Of a DNA stretch of 64,000 bases, positions 16,002 through 25,946 are shown in pieces (the stretch's first letter is position 1; every line of letters begins with the position of its first letter). The notes beneath the pieces were generated by a model. That model did no database searches, was not told where the DNA came from, and was given only the letters and a program-made list of their open reading frames with translations. Source of the DNA: Candidatus Fervidifonticultor quintus (GTDB taxonomy: Bacteria > Sysuimicrobiota > Sysuimicrobiia > Sysuimicrobiales > Humicultoraceae); contig JAVKIJ010000001.1 in NCBI GenBank assembly GCA_031459535.1, positions 68,503 through 132,502 on the forward strand, in the 5' to 3' direction. Made by a program: the position numbers and the translations under genes.

Positions 16002-16229
16002 ATGAAGGTCACGGTGAAGCTGATCGGCGGCTTTGTCTACGCCGCCGGATTCAGCGAGAAGACATTCGAGCTCGCCCCCGGCAGCACCGTGGAGACCGTG
16101 CTCGAGTCGCTGGGGCTGGACGCATCGATACCGAAGATCGTGGCCCGCAACGGCGCCGTGGTCGCCACGGAAGAGGCGCTGGAAGAAGGCGACCGTGTGG
16201 TCATCTCCCCCATCTATTCAGGAGGATGA
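16002..16229 (+). CDS. MoaD/ThiS ubiquitin-like sulfur carrier
   Basis: C-terminal GG (LEEGDRVVISPIYSGG); follows AOR. Confidence 0.88.
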   Translation: MKVTVKLIGGFVYAAGFSEKTFELAPGSTVETVLESLGLDASIPKIVARNGAVVATEEALEEGDRVVISPIYSGG

Positions 16230-17435
16230 CCGCCGTACCCGCGGCAGCAGGGCCAGGGCGCTGCCGGCAGCGACGCACCCGCTGATCGCCAGGGCCACCG
16301 GCGCACCCAGCAGCGTCGCCAGCAGTCCGACCCCGAATCCCGTCACCTGGTTGAACCCGATGGTGGCGGAGTAGAATCCCTGCACCCGTGCCCGCATCTG
16401 GTCAGACGCCGCCAGCAGCAGCACGGTGGCCATGCCAGCGTCGTAGAGGCTGCCGAGCGCGCCCACGGCCCCGACCAGGGCCAGCGACGCAGGGTACCAG
16501 GGCGATAGGCCGAACAGCGCAACTGCCAGCCCGAAGCCGATGGCCGTGGTCACCGTGAAGCGGTCCTTGTGGGCGAGATCACCCTGCGACGCCAGCCCCA
16601 GGGTGGCGGCCAGTTGCCCCAGGCCGCCGGCCGCCGAGAGATACCCGAGCCCGAGGCCGCCAACCTGGAGCACGTCGCGGGCCACGACGGGGAGCATCGA
16701 GCTGTAGGAGAACCCAAACCCCTCGGTCATCAGGCTGAGCCAGAGGAACTGACGGACCTGCGGCGTGCGCGCCACGTATCGGACGCCGCTGGTGACCGCC
16801 GCCAGGAACGGCTCGGCCACCCTGCTGGGTGTGGCCTGAGTCTGCAGGGCCAGCACACAGGCAGCCCCGGCGACGTGCGCTGCCGCCGCCAACACGTAGT
16901 TCTGGCCGATGCCGAAACGGTCGATGATGTAGCCGCCGGCGACGGCCCCGATGACGCGCACGGCGCTGCCCGCCATGAACCGGAAGACGCTGGCGTTGAG
17001 CAGCCGGGCCTGCCCCACCAGGTCGTAGGTGAGCCCGCTGGAAGCCGGCTTTTCCAGCGCCGAGGTGACACCCGTCAGCAGGGAGAAGGCGATGACGTGC
17101 CCGAGGCGCACAGCACCCCACAGCACCAGCGGCGCCAGTACCAGGAGCCCCAGCGCCGGCAGGATCTGACTCAGGAGGAGGAGGCGGCGGCGGTCCATGC
17201 GATCCCCGAGTACTCCACCCGGCACACTGAAGGCAAACAGGCCGACGCCGCGCACACCCGCCACGATCCCCACCCAGAACGGCGAGTTGGTCATCTCCAA
17301 CGCCAACCAGCCATTCGTGAGCGTCTCGACGGTCCAGGCCACGGCGCTGAAGAGGGCGCTCAGCCACAGCCAGCGGAACCCGGGCGCTTCGAACGCCCGG
17401 GTCGTCCCGGCGCGTCTCGTCCGGTCATGTTGCAT
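16218..17435 (-). CDS. MFS transporter
   Basis: GVLGDRMDRRRLL motif A; about 12 TM helices; MRARVQG. Confidence 0.9.
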   Translation of the reverse strand: MQHDRTRRAGTTRAFEAPGFRWLWLSALFSAVAWTVETLTNGWLALEMTNSPFWVGIVAGVRGVGLFAFSVPGGVLGDRMDRRRLLLLSQILPALGLLVLAPLVLWGAVRLGHVIAFSLLTGVTSALEKPASSGLTYDLVGQARLLNASVFRFMAGSAVRVIGAVAGGYIIDRFGIGQNYVLAAAAHVAGAACVLALQTQATPSRVAEPFLAAVTSGVRYVARTPQVRQFLWLSLMTEGFGFSYSSMLPVVARDVLQVGGLGLGYLSAAGGLGQLAATLGLASQGDLAHKDRFTVTTAIGFGLAVALFGLSPWYPASLALVGAVGALGSLYDAGMATVLLLAASDQMRARVQGFYSATIGFNQVTGFGVGLLATLLGAPVALAISGCVAAGSALALLPRVRRSSS

Positions 17436-17458
17436 GGGCCATCAGGGGAAGGGATTGA

Positions 17459-18709
17459 TTACCCTGACGGCCGCGCCGTAGGGTCGGACGCCTGACCGAT
17501 TGCGATTGGTTGCTCCGGGTCGATCGCCTGCAGCTGCGGCTGCACCAAGTCCGCGTACTTCATCCCGGCACCGGTCAGCAATAAGAGCACACGATCATCA
17601 GGGCGGAGCGCTCGGCTCTCCAGCAACGGGTCCAGGGCCGCCACAGTCGCCGCCGCCTCTGGGGCCGCGAAGACGCCCTCGAGCCTGGCCAGCTCGGCCA
17701 TGCCGGCCTGCAGGTCGGCGTCGGTGACCGCGAGCGCGCCCCCCTCGCTCTTGCGGATGGCCCGCAGGATGAGGTAGTCACCGATCGCCGCCGGCACGCG
17801 GAGGCCGGCGGCGATGGTGTGCGCGTTCTCGAACGGCTCCGCATACGGCTGGCCCGAGCGGAACGCGCGGACAATGGGCGCGCACCCGGCGGCCTGGACG
17901 GCGAACATCCGAGGCCGTCGCGGGCCAATCCAGCCCAGGGCGTCCATTTCCTCGAAGGCCTTCCAGATGCCGACGATACCGGTGCCGCCGCCGGTGGGGT
18001 AGACAATGGCGTCGGGGAGATCCCAGCGGAGTTGCTCGGCGATCTCGTATCCCATGGTCTTCTTGCCTTCGACACGGTACGGTTCTCGGAGCGTGGACAG
18101 ATCGAACCAGCCGCGCGCCCGTGCTACCTGACGGAGCACGCGACCGGCGTCGTCGATCAGACCCCTGATGCTGTATGCGCGGGCGCCATAGATGGCACAC
18201 TCGGCCTTGTTGATCGGCGGGGTGTCCTCGGGCATGACGATGTAGGCGTCCAGTCCACCCCGGGCCGCATAGGCCGCCAGCGCCGCCCCCGCGTTGCCCG
18301 CCGTGGGCATGGACACCGCCCCAACCCCCAGTTCCCTGGCGCGCGATGTGGCCACGCATAGCCCGCGGGCCTTGAAGGTCCCTGTGGGGTTCTTGCCCTC
18401 GTCCTTCATCAAGATCTGACGGAGGCCGTAGCGGGAGGCCAGTCGGCGGGCTTCGAGGATAGGGGTCATGCCCTCGCCGAGGGTGAGCACGTGGCGCGGG
18501 TCGCGGATCGGGAGGACCTCGTGGTACCGCCACATGTCCGGGGGCCGGGCGCGCAGGGCGTCTTTGGTCAGCGAGCGGCCTGCGGCGACCAGGTCATAGC
18601 GTGGAAAGAGGACCTTGCCGCACTGCGGGCAGGTGCCGTGCAGGGCGTCGGCGTCGAGGATCGTCCCGCAATGGGTGCACTCCAGGTGGGAGAGAAAGCT
18701 GAAGGCCAC
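17459..18709 (-). CDS. thrC: Threonine synthase (PLP fold II)
   Basis: CTHC..CPQC, LGEGMTP, NPTGTFKARG, TAGNAG, YPTGGGTG. Confidence 0.82.
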   Translation of the reverse strand: MAFSFLSHLECTHCGTILDADALHGTCPQCGKVLFPRYDLVAAGRSLTKDALRARPPDMWRYHEVLPIRDPRHVLTLGEGMTPILEARRLASRYGLRQILMKDEGKNPTGTFKARGLCVATSRARELGVGAVSMPTAGNAGAALAAYAARGGLDAYIVMPEDTPPINKAECAIYGARAYSIRGLIDDAGRVLRQVARARGWFDLSTLREPYRVEGKKTMGYEIAEQLRWDLPDAIVYPTGGGTGIVGIWKAFEEMDALGWIGPRRPRMFAVQAAGCAPIVRAFRSGQPYAEPFENAHTIAAGLRVPAAIGDYLILRAIRKSEGGALAVTDADLQAGMAELARLEGVFAAPEAAATVAALDPLLESRALRPDDRVLLLLTGAGMKYADLVQPQLQAIDPEQPIAIGQASDPTARPSG

Positions 18710-18796
18710 GTCGATTCCTCCTCGGGTCTTGGACGGCAGGGCGATCGCCCCAGTCCAGAGTATACCCTGCGCAGCACTCACCCGAGGTGTGGTCGC

Positions 18797-19834
18797 ATGG
18801 AGCTCACTATTGTCGGTGCGGGTGCCGTCGGTGGCGTGATCGGTGCGCACCTGGCCAGGGCCGGCCACCGCGTCCAGCTCATCGACCGAAACCGCGACCA
18901 CGTGGAGGCGATCCAGCGTCATGGCCTACACGTGGGCGGCGTCGTCGACTTCACGGTGCACGTACCGGCGTGCCTGCCCGATGAGGCCGCCGGTCCGATC
19001 CACACCATCATTCTGGCGGTGAAGACCCTCCACACGCGCGAGGCGCTGGCGCCGCTGGTACCCGCCCTGTCCCCGGATGGGTGTGTGGTCTCCATGCAGA
19101 ACGGCCTGGAAGAGCCCAAGGTTGCTGCGCTGGTCGGCTGGCCGCGCACAGTGGGGGCGTTCCTCACCTTCGGTGCCTACTACGAAGGGCCGGGCCGCCT
19201 GGTCTACAGCGGTCCGGCATCGCTGCGGGTCGGCGAGCCCGACGGTCGCATCACCCCCCGCGTCCTGGCCCTCGCTGGGGTCCTCTCAGACTTTCACCCC
19301 ACGGAGCCGACGGACAACATCTGGGGATTCCTGTGGGGGAAGCTGATCCTGGGCACGATCTACTTCGCCACGGCCACCGTCGACGCCGATGTGACGGAGA
19401 TCCTCGCCCGCGATGAAAACCGGCGCGTCCTGGCCGAGCTCGCCACCGAGGCGTGTCAGGTCGCCGATGCCCTGGGGGTCCGCGTCGAGTCCGTGGATGG
19501 CTTCAATCCTCATGCCGTTCGGACCGATGCGATGGCCAGTCCGACCGCGGCCGACGCCGCCTGGGCGGCGCAGGTGGCCTACTGGCAGCGGGGCACAGCG
19601 CGGCGGGCCGGCGTCTGGCGCGATCTGGCGATCCATCACCGGAAGACCGAGGCGGAGCCGATCCTGGGAGCGCTGATCGAGGCCGCCCTGCGGGCCGGCC
19701 GGCCGGTGCCCCGCGTGCGGGCGCTCCTGCGGATCATCGGCGAACTGGAAGGAGGGCGCCGGCGGATGGGGTGGGCCAATCTCTGGGAGATCGCGCGGGC
19801 TGGCCCCGGCTCGTCAACCCGGTTGCCGGGCTAG
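18797..19834 (+). CDS. Ketopantoate reductase-family (PanE/ApbA-like) oxidoreductase
   Basis: GAGAVG, AVKT, SMQNG, LWGKL, RKTE. Confidence 0.82.
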   Translation: MELTIVGAGAVGGVIGAHLARAGHRVQLIDRNRDHVEAIQRHGLHVGGVVDFTVHVPACLPDEAAGPIHTIILAVKTLHTREALAPLVPALSPDGCVVSMQNGLEEPKVAALVGWPRTVGAFLTFGAYYEGPGRLVYSGPASLRVGEPDGRITPRVLALAGVLSDFHPTEPTDNIWGFLWGKLILGTIYFATATVDADVTEILARDENRRVLAELATEACQVADALGVRVESVDGFNPHAVRTDAMASPTAADAAWAAQVAYWQRGTARRAGVWRDLAIHHRKTEAEPILGALIEAALRAGRPVPRVRALLRIIGELEGGRRRMGWANLWEIARAGPGSSTRLPG

Positions 19835-20628
19835 ACCCGGGTGCCGAGGCCGCTGGCTGCGGCCATGTGCGTGCGGCCGCAGTGCGCCCCGCCCGTGACA
19901 TAGAGGATCTCGCCGTGGACGTAACTGGCGCGCTCCGACGCCAGAAAGAGCACGGCGCTAGCGACCTCGTTCGGGCTGCCGGTCCGTGCCAGGGGAATGG
20001 CCGCGAGCATGTCGCGGACATACGGGTGGGGCGCTTCGTCGCCCTGGCGCAGGACGCCGTCGAGGAACAGACCCGGTGCCACGGCGTTGACGCGGATCCC
20101 ATACGGCCCCAGTTCAATGGCCAGCACGTGGGTGAGCATGTTCACGGCTGCCTTCGATCCGCAGTAGTGGGCTGCGCCGGCCCGGGCGGAGGTCGCCGCT
20201 GCCGACGAGATGTTGACGATGGCGCCCCGGGCCCGGCGGGCGATCATCTGGCGGGCGACCGTTCGGCAGGTCAGCATCGTTCCCTTGACGTTCACGTCGA
20301 AGACCTGATCCCACTCTTCTTCGTCCATGTCCACCACGAAGCGCGTTGGGACATACCCGGCAAAGTTCACGAGGACGTCCACGGGGCCAAGCAGGCGGCT
20401 CCCTTCGCTGACGACCCGCTCGATGTCGGTCGCCGATCGCACGTCGGCTGGAATCGCGGCAACCGGCGCCCCCGCGTCCCGGGCCGCGGCGGCTGTTTCG
20501 GCGAGCGGGGCTTCGGCCAGGTCGGTGAGCAGCAGACATGCTCCTGCGCGGGCAAAGGCCAGCGCGCACGGCGTGCCCAGGCGGCCCGCCGCGCCGGTGA
20601 TCATGACCACGCAGTTCTCAAACTCCAC
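19831..20628 (-). CDS. SDR family NAD(P)-dependent oxidoreductase
   Basis: TGAAGRLG, VNISS, YCGSK, IRVNAVAPG. Confidence 0.9.
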   Translation of the reverse strand: MEFENCVVMITGAAGRLGTPCALAFARAGACLLLTDLAEAPLAETAAAARDAGAPVAAIPADVRSATDIERVVSEGSRLLGPVDVLVNFAGYVPTRFVVDMDEEEWDQVFDVNVKGTMLTCRTVARQMIARRARGAIVNISSAAATSARAGAAHYCGSKAAVNMLTHVLAIELGPYGIRVNAVAPGLFLDGVLRQGDEAPHPYVRDMLAAIPLARTGSPNEVASAVLFLASERASYVHGEILYVTGGAHCGRTHMAAASGLGTRV

Positions 20629-20680
20629 AAGGTCCTCCTCAGGCTGGGGCCGCACGGTGTGCGGCCCGACGTGATGCTGG

Positions 20681-21535
20681 CTACCGCGGCAACATCCGAC
20701 GCAGATCGACCCCGCGGGAGAGTGCGAACGCCAAGGCCAGCAGCATCCCTGCAAACCCGATCAGCAGCGTCGAGAGTGCGGCGATGGTCGGGTCCTGCCA
20801 CTTCTCCATGTAGAGGAACATCTCGATCGGCAGGGTGTTGTTCTCGCCCCGGGTGAGGAAGATCGAGCTCTCCACCTGATCAAAAGAGACGATGAAGGCG
20901 AACAGGGCGCTGATGACCAGGCCCGAACGGATCTGCGGCAGGACGATGCGCCACAGCACCGTGACGGCCGACGCGCCCAGGTCTTGAGCCACTTCCTCCA
21001 GTGAGACGTCAAGCCCGACCAGGTTGGCGGCCAGAATGTTGATGACGAAGGGCAGCACCACGATGGTGTGGGCCAGGGTGATGGGCACAATCCCGCCCTG
21101 CATGCCCAGGCGGGCGAAGAAGATGAACCACCCCACGCCCAGCACGATCTTGGGCATGACGATCGGCGACAGGAGGAAGCCGCGGAGCGGCTCTTTGCCC
21201 GGGAATCTGGCGCGCACCAGAGCCAGGGCGCACAGCAGGCCCGAGACCAGGGCCAGCGTCGTGGCCAGCAGGCCGATGACCACACTGCGCAGGAACGCCG
21301 CTCGAAACGCCCCCTGCTGGAGCAGGTGGCTGTACCAGCGCAGCGACAGCCCCGGCGGCGGGAAGACGCCGTAGGCGACGCTGCTGAACGAGTAGATGAC
21401 CACGATGGCGAGCGGCAGCAGAATGAACCCCACGCCCACGGCCAGGGTGGCACGCAGCAGGGCCGTGCGGATGGTTTCGGCCCGGGCTTCTTGCGCCTCG
21501 ATGCGAGCCTCCCCCATGGCTGCCCCGGCGTTCAT
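20681..21535 (-). CDS. ABC transporter permease (PotC-like)
   Basis: SLRWY, LEEVAQDLGA (EAA loop), AFIVSFD, TLPIEM. Confidence 0.9.
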   Translation of the reverse strand: MNAGAAMGEARIEAQEARAETIRTALLRATLAVGVGFILLPLAIVVIYSFSSVAYGVFPPPGLSLRWYSHLLQQGAFRAAFLRSVVIGLLATTLALVSGLLCALALVRARFPGKEPLRGFLLSPIVMPKIVLGVGWFIFFARLGMQGGIVPITLAHTIVVLPFVINILAANLVGLDVSLEEVAQDLGASAVTVLWRIVLPQIRSGLVISALFAFIVSFDQVESSIFLTRGENNTLPIEMFLYMEKWQDPTIAALSTLLIGFAGMLLALAFALSRGVDLRRMLPR

Positions 21536-22392
21536 CGGGACGCCTCGATGCTGGGGAGCCTGCGCAAGAGGGCGTTCAGGGCCCAGACTGCCGCGACCGA
21601 CATCAGCAGCAGCGCGAGGCCCGTGACGGCGCCGCTCGGCCAGTTGATTTCCACCGTGTTGTTGTAGACTGCAAGCGGCATCACCTGGACCCGGCCCCCT
21701 CCCAGTAGCCGCGGCGTGACAAAGGCGGAGAGGGCCAGGGTGAAACAGATCAGCGCGCCCGCGACGACACCCGGCATGGTGAGGGGCAGGGTGATGTGCC
21801 GGAAGGTCTCCCACCAGCCTGCGCCCAGATCCCGGGCGGCTTCTTTCAGCGAGATTTCCAGCCTCCCCATGACACTGTAGATGGGGAAGATGGCGAACGG
21901 CAGCAGAATGTGCGTCAGGCTGATCACGACCCCCGTGGCGTTGAAGAGCAGGCTGAGCGGCTGGCCGATGACGCCCGTCCGCAGCAGGACCGTGTTGACC
22001 AGCCCCTGCCCGGCCAGCAGGATGAACCACCCGTAGGTGCGGACTACGACGCTCACGACCAGGGGCGAGAAGATCAGCAGGGACACCACCGCGCGAGCCG
22101 CAGGGCTGGAGACGCGGGTGTGCAGGGCATAAGCGATCGGATAGCCGATCAACAGCGCCAGGCCGGTGACGATGGACGACAGGCGGATCGACTCACCGAT
22201 GATCTTGTAGGAGAACGGGTCCGTAAAGTACTCGACGTAGGTCCTCAGCGTCCAGACGGGCAGGATCCGGCCATCCTTGAACAGGTGGAAGCTGTTGATG
22301 AGGTAACTGCCGAGCGGGATGACATAGAGGAGCACCATCAGCACCACCGCGGGTGCCAGCAGCCCCAGGGCGACGGGGCCGCGAATCCTCAT
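21532..22392 (-). CDS. ABC transporter permease (PotB-like)
   Basis: VVRTYGW, LKEAARDLGA, LPLTMPG, TPRLLGG. Confidence 0.9.
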   Translation of the reverse strand: MRIRGPVALGLLAPAVVLMVLLYVIPLGSYLINSFHLFKDGRILPVWTLRTYVEYFTDPFSYKIIGESIRLSSIVTGLALLIGYPIAYALHTRVSSPAARAVVSLLIFSPLVVSVVVRTYGWFILLAGQGLVNTVLLRTGVIGQPLSLLFNATGVVISLTHILLPFAIFPIYSVMGRLEISLKEAARDLGAGWWETFRHITLPLTMPGVVAGALICFTLALSAFVTPRLLGGGRVQVMPLAVYNNTVEINWPSGAVTGLALLLMSVAAVWALNALLRRLPSIEASR

Positions 22393-23519
22393 TCGTTGGG
22401 TACCGCCACGGCCTGCCTGGGATCCCAGTGGGCGGCGACGACCTGATCGATATCGTAGAGGGGGGTGTCGCTCGCATAGGGCACGGTCGCATGGAGGCGT
22501 AGCCCATCGGCCAGCAGTCGGTACTTGACCACGTGGCCGGAGAAGGCTCGCTCTTCGATGCGGGCGAGCACGGCGCCGGGGGCGCCCGGCGCCGTCTCCA
22601 GGCGCACCCGCTCCGGGCGCACACAGACGGTGAGCGACTGCCCGACCCGCTCCCACCCCTGGCGTCTGGCTCGCACCAACCGCTGGCCGGCCCGGACGGT
22701 GATGGTAGCCCCCTCATCGAGGCTCTCCACGGTGCCGTCGATGAGGTTCGCGTCCCCGATGAAGTTGGCGACGAAGCGGGTGGTGGGACGCTCGTAGATC
22801 TCCATGGGCGATCCCACCTGGTAGAGGCGGCCGCCGTCCATGACACCGATCCGGTCGCTCATCGCCAGCGCTTCACCCTGGTCGTGGGTCACGTAGATGA
22901 ACGTGGTCCCGAGCTCACGTTGGAGGCGCTTCAGTTCCTCCTGCATCTGCAGCCGCAGCTTCAAGTCCAGTGAGGAGAGCGGCTCGTCGAGGAGCAGGAC
23001 CCGGGGCCGGTTGACCAGGGCCCTGGCCAGGGCGACCCGCTGCTGCTGGCCGCCCGAGAGTTCCGCGATTCGACGGCTCGCCAGGCCCGGCATCTGCACC
23101 AGGTCCAGCGCCTCACCGACGCGATGCCTGATCAAGGCCTCGGGCATCCTCTTCATGCGTAGCCCGAAGGCCACGTTGTCGAAGACCGTATAGTGCGGGA
23201 ACAGGGCCAGCCGCTGGAAGACCATGTTGGTCGCCCGGCGGTTCGGCGGGGTGCGCCCCATCACCTGACCGTCGATGCGGACCTCGCCCTCGTCCACGTG
23301 CTCGAAGCCACCGATGATCCGCAGCGTCGTGGTCTTCCCGCATCCAGACGGCCCGAGCAGCGAGAAGAACTCCCCCGCCTGCACCGCAAAGGAGACCGAC
23401 CGGACGGCCGTCACCGGTCCGAACCGCTTGGTGATCTCCCGGACCTCGACGCCGGCGCCGTGGGCGCCGGGTGTGTCCGCGCAGACCGCTACAGCCGCGA
23501 CTTGACTTCCTTCTCCCAC
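22389..23519 (-). CDS. ABC transporter ATP-binding protein (PotA-like, TOBE domain); start uncertain
   Basis: [28 protein letters not shown]. Confidence 0.9.
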   Translation of the reverse strand: MGEGSQVAAVAVCADTPGAHGAGVEVREITKRFGPVTAVRSVSFAVQAGEFFSLLGPSGCGKTTTLRIIGGFEHVDEGEVRIDGQVMGRTPPNRRATNMVFQRLALFPHYTVFDNVAFGLRMKRMPEALIRHRVGEALDLVQMPGLASRRIAELSGGQQQRVALARALVNRPRVLLLDEPLSSLDLKLRLQMQEELKRLQRELGTTFIYVTHDQGEALAMSDRIGVMDGGRLYQVGSPMEIYERPTTRFVANFIGDANLIDGTVESLDEGATITVRAGQRLVRARRQGWERVGQSLTVCVRPERVRLETAPGAPGAVLARIEERAFSGHVVKYRLLADGLRLHATVPYASDTPLYDIDQVVAAHWDPRQAVAVPNE

Positions 23520-24562
23520 CGCACACGCCACTCGCTGGCCTTCTGGCCCATGGTTGCCCAGTCCAGCCAGATCGCCGAGTCGAGCAGTCGGGGATTCAGG
23601 ATGTTCCTCACCGTTTCCGACACCTCGGCCTCGGGCAGCGACGGGATGCCGAAGGTCAGGCGCGCGTACCGCGCGTTGTTCTCGGGCAGCAGCAGTTCGT
23701 TGACAATCTCCTCGGCCACCCTGATCTGCTCCGGGGTGCTTCCCTTGACGATCTGCAGGTAGATCGGAAACGCCACGACCCCTTCCTTGGGGACAGAGAA
23801 GCCCAGTGGCGCGCCGTCCATCTCCCAGTACTTCCAGATGCTGGTGAACCAGGGGGCAACCCACGCCTCGCCCGTGACCAGCAGCTGCAGCAACTGGTCG
23901 TTGCTGTTGGCCAGCGCCCGGATGTTCTTGGCGTTCTCGGTCCAGACCTTGAAGCCTGGATCGATGTTTGTCTCGCTGCCGTTGTGGAAGCGCGCGGCCA
24001 GGACCAGGGGGATGAAGTTGTTGTCGAAGATCGTCACCTTACCCCGCCACTTCGGGTCCCACAGCGCGGTCCAGGATGTGGGCGGTTCTTTGACCAGGTT
24101 CTTGTTGTACATGAGGCCGACCCCGCTGATGCCGTATCCGATGCCGCGGTTGCCCGGACGGCGCAGGGTCCTGTGGACGCGGGTCATGTTGGGGATCCGG
24201 GCGGGATTCATGGCGATCCACATGTCGTCGGCGTCGCCGCGGTTGCTGATATCCACGTTGAAGTAGCCGAAGTTGATCAGCGGTTTGTTGGGATCGACCT
24301 GCTTTGCCGCGATCATGCGGGGGTAGGTCACCGCGTTGTTCGACTCCCAGAACTCGATCTCTACCTCCGGGTGCGCTCGCAGATAGCGGGCTACGACCTC
24401 ACGGGGCACCACGCCCTGGTTGGAGCCGGCCCAGATGAACATGGTAAGCTTCACCTTGGGGGCTGCGCTGACCGGGGGGAGCGTGAACGCGCCCACGGCC
24501 AGGCCGGCGGCCACTGCCAGGGTCAAGAGCGCTCGACGAGACGGCGCGCGGACCACTCTCAT
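23489..24562 (-). CDS. ABC substrate-binding protein (PotD/AfuA-like)
   Basis: Signal peptide; GLMYN, PPTSWTALWDP, PKEG. Confidence 0.85.
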   Translation of the reverse strand: MRVVRAPSRRALLTLAVAAGLAVGAFTLPPVSAAPKVKLTMFIWAGSNQGVVPREVVARYLRAHPEVEIEFWESNNAVTYPRMIAAKQVDPNKPLINFGYFNVDISNRGDADDMWIAMNPARIPNMTRVHRTLRRPGNRGIGYGISGVGLMYNKNLVKEPPTSWTALWDPKWRGKVTIFDNNFIPLVLAARFHNGSETNIDPGFKVWTENAKNIRALANSNDQLLQLLVTGEAWVAPWFTSIWKYWEMDGAPLGFSVPKEGVVAFPIYLQIVKGSTPEQIRVAEEIVNELLLPENNARYARLTFGIPSLPEAEVSETVRNILNPRLLDSAIWLDWATMGQKASEWRVRWEKEVKSRL

Positions 24563-24664
24563 CAGAGACCTCCTCTTTCCCTTCACGGGATTTGGCACCG
24601 GTTTCTACGCTGGAATTCGCAATCCTGCAGGGCCGCGCGGCAGCGGCGAGGCCAGGAGGCCGTC

Positions 24665-24703
24665 TTGACGGCGGCGAGACTTCTTTATAGGCTTTGTTAT
24701 AAC
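24665..24703 (+). promoter_or_regulatory. Putative promoter and AT-rich palindrome in the divergent intergenic region
   Basis: TTGACG (24665), 17 nt, TAGGCT (24688); GTTATAAC palindrome at 24696-24703. Confidence 0.45.
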
Positions 24704-24731
24704 GCAATTCAAAAGTTCCGCTCCGGGGGCG

Positions 24732-25946
24732 GTGCCGGGAGTGCCACGGTCTGGGGCCAAGCCGCAATCGCGGGTGCGCACCCGCCGTCCGTCTCCCGAG
24801 CTGTTCGCCGGCTCCCTGGCCGTGCTTGGCGCACTGCGCGGGCGCACCTGCTCCGTCGCTGAGCTCGAACGGGCCACCGGCTTGAGCCAGCTCACGGTCC
24901 GCCGCCACGTCTCGGCACTCGCCGGGTTGGGGCTGGTGGCGCCGGCCGGGTTCGGTCGGTCGAACGGCGGCCGGCAGCCACGCCTCTTCACGCTGGTCTC
25001 AGACAGCCGTCTGGCGGTGGCCATGCACCTCCAGTTTCCCGGTGCCAGCGTGGCCACTGTCGGGCTGGACGGCACCATCGCCGCGACACGCCACGTGCCG
25101 GCAGACGGCGGTGAGGACCCCGTCACCGTGCTGGACCGGCTTGCCGCTGCCGCGCGGTCCCTCGTGCGGCGGGTGCCCGAGGGACGGCTGATCGGCGTTG
25201 GCGTGGCCCTGCCTGGGTACGCGGACCTTCCCCGGGGGATCGCGCTGCGCATCGGCCGGGCGCCGGCCTGGCGGGACGTCCCTGTCACCGACACCCTGTC
25301 CCGGTGCCTGGGGCTTGCGACCTTGCTGGTGCACGACACCGCGGCCATGGCGCTCGCCGAGTCCGAGGTGGGGGACGCGCGCGGGCAGCGGCACTTCGCG
25401 TTCGTCCTGGCTGAAGAGGGCGTCAGTGCCGGACTGTTCCTGGAAGGGACCGTCTATCAAGGCGCGTTCGGCAATGCTGGCCTCCTCGGCCACATGACGG
25501 TCCGGCCAGCCGGCCGTCTCTGCCTCTGCGGCAGCGCGGGGTGCGTGGAAGCCTACGCCTCAGCGCGCGCCCTGGTGGAGCGGTCCAGGGAGCTCGCTCC
25601 TGAGCTCACCGAGCCGTCGCTGTCGCACCAGGACGTGATCCGGTATGCCCTGTCCGGACGCGAGCCCTTCCGCACCGTGCTCGAGGAGGCCCTGGAGCTC
25701 CTCGGTATCGCCATCGCCAACCTGGCCAAGATCCTGGAGGTCCGCGCGGTCTTCGTGGGAGGCTACCCCGCCAGCCTGCCGGAGGGGGCCCGCCACCGCG
25801 TCTTCGAGGTAGCGCACGCGCACCTGCAGCCGCCGCTGCGGGTCAACTTCGAGGTCCGCTCCAGCCGGGTCCGCGAGGCCGGGCTGATCGGCGCGGCCAT
25901 TCCCGTGATCCGCCGGTTCCTCGGGATGCCGGTCGCCACGCGATGA
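24732..25946 (+). CDS. ROK family transcriptional regulator (start uncertain)
   Basis: N-terminal HTH (ELERATGLSQLTV), GGRQP, GLLGHM, CLCGSAGCVE. Confidence 0.88.
   Translation: MPGVPRSGAKPQSRVRTRRPSPELFAGSLAVLGALRGRTCSVAELERATGLSQLTVRRHVSALAGLGLVAPAGFGRSNGGRQPRLFTLVSDSRLAVAMHLQFPGASVATVGLDGTIAATRHVPADGGEDPVTVLDRLAAAARSLVRRVPEGRLIGVGVALPGYADLPRGIALRIGRAPAWRDVPVTDTLSRCLGLATLLVHDTAAMALAESEVGDARGQRHFAFVLAEEGVSAGLFLEGTVYQGAFGNAGLLGHMTVRPAGRLCLCGSAGCVEAYASARALVERSRELAPELTEPSLSHQDVIRYALSGREPFRTVLEEALELLGIAIANLAKILEVRAVFVGGYPASLPEGARHRVFEVAHAHLQPPLRVNFEVRSSRVREAGLIGAAIPVIRRFLGMPVATR

Noticed and set aside
18797-19834. Assigning panE to this gene
   Set aside because: It lacks the SSMLQD motif, and a canonical panE sits next to panB at 42645-43652
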